This document shows positions 60,758 through 64,000 of a stretch of 64,000 nt of DNA, piece after piece (the stretch's first letter is position 1; each line of letters begins with the position of its first letter). This stretch comes from an uncultured virus (IMG/VR IMGVR_UViG_3300008117_000046). Its lineage: Duplodnaviria > Heunggongvirae > Uroviricota > Caudoviricetes. The translations under genes were made by a program, and so were the position numbers. The notes under the pieces are model-generated. The model saw only the letters and a list, made by a program, of their open reading frames with translations, was not told the DNA's origin and did not search any database. The DNA lies in IMG/VR virus record IMGVR_UViG_3300008117_000046; one strand, given 5' to 3'.

Positions 60758-60943
60758 TGAAAAATTAGGTTTGAAATCCCGCCCCTTAGCGATAGTGGAG
60801 GGCGGCTTTACATAAATTAATAAGAAACAATTAAAACGCTAGAACGACGAATTAACTGAATCTTGCTAACAGTTATCTATTCCAATTGTCTCCAACTGGT
60901 ATCGCTTACAGATAGCTGTTTTTCCATTAACATAACCAAGTCT

Positions 60944-61300
60944 TTACTTGTCTTTTGCCCCTGTCCAAAATTTCTGCTTCCACACAGATATTTCAGCCTT
61001 TTTGATGGCAATTTCCCATTCTAAGTCGACTATTTCTCGCTCGAGTTCAACAATTTTACTATTAACTCGCTTTAAATCGGCGATAATTTCTTGTTTATTG
61101 CGTCTATCGTAGATAGTCAGTTCATCCTTTTGTAATTTCTCAAGAATAGAGTCTAGGAAAGCGGTTAAATTGGCCGAGGGATTGTCTATATTACCTAGAC
61201 GCATCAATACCTGTACCGCTTTGACAACGTCTTGCTCATAAGCTTCTCTAGAGGGGTAATCTTGGGGTTTTTTGAGATTTAAATCGTCAATGATATTCAT
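60944..61300 (-). CDS. Hypothetical coiled-coil protein (cargo in the OMEGA element)
   Basis: 118 aa; starts at the position normally used by isrB. Confidence 0.65.
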   Translation of the reverse strand: MNIIDDLNLKKPQDYPSREAYEQDVVKAVQVLMRLGNIDNPSANLTAFLDSILEKLQKDELTIYDRRNKQEIIADLKRVNSKIVELEREIVDLEWEIAIKKAEISVWKQKFWTGAKDK

Positions 61301-61301
61301 A

Positions 61302-61516
61302 GGAGATAATCCTTAAAAGTAAAGTTAATGTCCCTTCCCGCAACACAATCAAGATGTCTTGTCTAACAACGCTTTACCAATAAAGCTTAGAGGGAATCCG
61401 AACTAGGGAAGTATTCAGAGGTCTGTGCCAGATTATGTCTCAATGCGGTAGTCTCTACTTGCGTTGCCTAAATTGGTCTAGGTAAGCCCTACCCTAAAAA
61501 GGACGGGGTTAGTGAC
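61302..61516 (-). ncRNA. omegaRNA/HEARO scaffold 3
   Basis: Close to scaffold 2 along its whole length. Confidence 0.85.
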
Positions 61517-61527
61517 ACTCATTCGCC

Positions 61528-61551
61528 AAAAAGGCCGGCACTAGGCCGGCC
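61528..61551 (-). terminator. Intrinsic terminator
   Basis: On the - strand, ggccggc-ctagt-gccggcc followed by T5. Confidence 0.75.
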
Positions 61552-61576
61552 ACGGTAGAGGTTGCGGTAATTAGTA

Positions 61577-61951
61577 CTAGTCAGCTACAGAGCGAAAACC
61601 AGAAGGAGTATACTCTTGCTGAATACCGATCTTGTAGAGCCCCTGCTTAAAGATAATGGGACCGTGTTCTTCGTGCTGAAGACGGGCCGTACTAGCATTT
61701 ACGCGGAGGTACAGAGTACCACTATCATCAATACGGAAGAGTTCAGCAGCCTTATTTTCACCGATGATTGCATTGTTGTTGCCCGTTTCAATAGGAACAA
61801 CCTGATGTTTATGGCCAGTGACTTCACCGTATGCTAAGACAGTATTATCAACACGAGTAGCTTTCGATAAGTCGATGCTGTCTTCTGGAATACGTTGAAT
61901 AAGTACGTCACCTTGACGAGCGAATTTACTGAAAGTAGGAATAGTAGACAT
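61577..61951 (-). CDS. His-rich small protein, usual partner of DUF6745 proteins
   Basis: RQGDVLI, LAYGEVTGHKH, HEEH and QQEYTP...VAD. Confidence 0.8.
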   Translation of the reverse strand: MSTIPTFSKFARQGDVLIQRIPEDSIDLSKATRVDNTVLAYGEVTGHKHQVVPIETGNNNAIIGENKAAELFRIDDSGTLYLRVNASTARLQHEEHGPIIFKQGLYKIGIQQEYTPSGFRSVAD

Positions 61952-62046
61952 TGATTATAACTCCGAGAATTTACTGACCCCACGGACTGGGGATATTGAC
62001 ATTAACCTAGTTTTTATTAAACCGGGTTGACTAGAAACCCGGGCTG

Positions 62047-63135
62047 TTACCTTACTACGGTAACATTCTCAGTGAGTAGAGCTCTAGTAGATAAACCATT
62101 AACCTCCTTCTCTAGGAGAAGTATAGATATAGTCTTATCTCCTATTATAAAGGCTCTAACAGTAAGTTGGATAGGTCCCTCCCCTCGTAGGACTGCTGTA
62201 AGATCACAGGCCCGCAGATTAATAGAGGCCTCACCAGTAATAGTGCACGGTATAGAGGCGGGCTCCCCTGCACCCTTCACTAATAGATTATTATTATTAG
62301 TGAAGTGCAGTTGTATGGCCTGCCCCACACTGGCTCCTGTACTCTGCCAATTGATAGCACCCAATAGTAATCGAGTATCAACTGTAGTTGATGCACGGAA
62401 CTCAGCATCAGGTGCTCTATCGAAGTGGGGTATCTTATCTGCTTCCTTACCGGTGAGTATAGAGAGGGAGCCCCGCGCGCTATCTAATATTAGTCGACGA
62501 GGAGCGCGGCCCACTGATAAGGTGAGGGGACTCTCTAGATAAGATACTAACTGAAGCTGACGGGAGGTCAGGTTAGCAGACCAACGAGCAATTGGGTTAT
62601 CAGCCCACGATACCTGTACATAGGCACTAGCCGCTACACGACGAGTAAGAGAACAGCCATCAGGCGTGATATCCAGACGTATGTAATTCTCCTTACTCTT
62701 ATAGTCAGTTATAAGACGCATAGCCCCGGCTATCAGATTACTCTCTAGTATGCCCTCACTCTCTAGTACCACAGGAGTAGCAGGGGAGCCATTATAGATA
62801 GGAGTAGAGTTAGTACCATATGCACCTAGTCTATAGACTATTTTATCCTCTTCTATATCGATAACAAGCGAGGTGGGTGTACCCATACGACAAGTTAGAT
62901 TAAGGAGGGGCCCGCCAGGTACTAGGATATCTGCATCATCTGCCTGCACTGGTAGTTTGAGTACTAGGCTATGAGAGCCCAGGTGATTACCACTCAGTTG
63001 CATTTGTCCTTTACTTATAGTCATACGCACACAAGATGCGTCAGCTCGCGGGCTGTCTTTATCTAGGCAGGACACTACTGCCTTTAATGCGGCTACGTAC
63101 TGAGGTACATTAATTTGGGCTACCGATACTGTCAT
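62047..63135 (-). CDS. Divergent DNA polymerase III beta-clamp-like protein
   Basis: 362 aa (clamp-sized); N-terminal pattern ALKAV...MQLSGN...DILVPGGPLLNL; clamp-loader gene nearby. Confidence 0.55.
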   Translation of the reverse strand: MTVSVAQINVPQYVAALKAVVSCLDKDSPRADASCVRMTISKGQMQLSGNHLGSHSLVLKLPVQADDADILVPGGPLLNLTCRMGTPTSLVIDIEEDKIVYRLGAYGTNSTPIYNGSPATPVVLESEGILESNLIAGAMRLITDYKSKENYIRLDITPDGCSLTRRVAASAYVQVSWADNPIARWSANLTSRQLQLVSYLESPLTLSVGRAPRRLILDSARGSLSILTGKEADKIPHFDRAPDAEFRASTTVDTRLLLGAINWQSTGASVGQAIQLHFTNNNNLLVKGAGEPASIPCTITGEASINLRACDLTAVLRGEGPIQLTVRAFIIGDKTISILLLEKEVNGLSTRALLTENVTVVR

Positions 63136-63676
63136 TGCCGTCGTTATCAGGATCTATATTGAATGAAGAGAAGTCCATGATATCCATATTATCACCGTCG
63201 AGGGTAATGCCCTGATTGATTAGAGCTTCTATGGCCTCTCTTCTCTTATCCTTTGCGTAGCTTTCAGTATAGCTATTGAGTACATGCACAGCACGCCACA
63301 CTCGACTTAGGAACTTATCCATCTTCTCCTTATTTAACGTAGCGTAGTTAAAGGCGGCCCTGTACTCTAACACTATAGCTACATCATTTGGGTCATGTTT
63401 TATATAAGCATAGAGATAACCAAAGTCCAGCACTAGGGCCATATGGTCAGACATAACCAACATATCCACATGACTCATTGGATTAAACTGTACCCATTCG
63501 TAACGAAACTCACCTATACCGGTATCACTTACGATATCCAGATAACTCCTATCATTAATAGCTACCTGCTGGGCAAAATCATCTGTTAGTGGGAAGTTAC
63601 TTAATGAAGCCTCGATGGCCTTCATGGGGTTATATAGCCCCAGTAATCGTAATATTTTATCCATTAATGTGACCAA
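63110..63676 (-). CDS. Hypothetical protein
   Basis: 188-aa coupled ORF. Confidence 0.6.
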   Translation of the reverse strand: MVTLMDKILRLLGLYNPMKAIEASLSNFPLTDDFAQQVAINDRSYLDIVSDTGIGEFRYEWVQFNPMSHVDMLVMSDHMALVLDFGYLYAYIKHDPNDVAIVLEYRAAFNYATLNKEKMDKFLSRVWRAVHVLNSYTESYAKDKRREAIEALINQGITLDGDNMDIMDFSSFNIDPDNDGNDSIGSPN

Positions 63677-63999
63677 TAGCGGTGTATATTTGGCTTAGCC
63701 CGGCATGGTATATCGGAGCCCAGCACATCCTTAAGTATATAGTTACCTGCGCTCTCCATCTGATATAATGCAGCAGCGGCATAACGTTGTGCCAGCATAA
63801 ACTCATCGAGCTGCTGACCAGTATAGTAGTCCTGATCCAAGATAGGTACTACTCGAGAGTTAACTACCTGCCATGCTACATAGCCCGGCACTAGTAGATT
63901 GATTTCATCGTGAGTAGCGTTGATAATACTAGCCCGCCGTTCTCCTGCATCTATAGTCTCTATAGCCTGCCTTACTCGCGGTAGTGAGATCTTCAGCAT
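63664..63999 (-). CDS. Hypothetical protein (5' end may lie outside the window)
   Basis: ORF reaching the window edge. Confidence 0.5.
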   Translation of the reverse strand: MLKISLPRVRQAIETIDAGERRASIINATHDEINLLVPGYVAWQVVNSRVVPILDQDYYTGQQLDEFMLAQRYAAAALYQMESAGNYILKDVLGSDIPCRAKPNIHRYWSH

Positions 64000-64000
64000 C

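Larger units (their letters stand above)
60758..61516 (-). mobile_element. Non-autonomous IsrB-derived element carrying a cargo ORF
   Basis: omegaRNA, unrelated 118-aa ORF, decayed isrB 3' end (about 60807-60942) and 3' end hairpin. Confidence 0.85.
1300..64000. mobile_element. Large myovirus-like phage sequence, probably Ma-LMM01-like; either a prophage or joined to host DNA by assembly
   Basis: TerL, tail/baseplate genes, a phage replication module and tRNA-Tyr; abrupt composition change after selO. Left boundary is approximate. Confidence 0.85.

Overview
Positions 1-1267 are the 5' part of a cyanobacterial selO/ydiU gene with host-like composition and a HIP1 site. From about 1300 the window is a large tailed phage. 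From memory, not a search, its gene set resembles Ma-LMM01-type Microcystis myoviruses. The + strand (1.5-30 kb) carries tail/baseplate genes, a flavin monooxygenase, TerL and a 2898-aa protein. The - strand (30-64 kb) carries nucleases, a radical SAM enzyme, primase, helicases, PolIII-type clamp/loader proteins, UDG and tRNA-Tyr. Four features stand out: (1) a 7.4-kb array of about 35 paralogous, translationally coupled 55-95 aa mini-genes (38759-46120), joined by a dual-frame junction repeat and showing module shuffling; (2) a promoter-driven 198-nt tRNA-like RNA with a very large variable region (49606-49803); (3) three degenerate type I-D-like CRISPR repeats with no cas genes (51423-51925), candidate RNA anti-CRISPRs or a mini-array; (4) an IsrB/omegaRNA (HEARO) hotspot (57883-61516) with nested insertions, stacked end hairpins, a near self-matching guide and one element whose isrB is replaced by a cargo gene.
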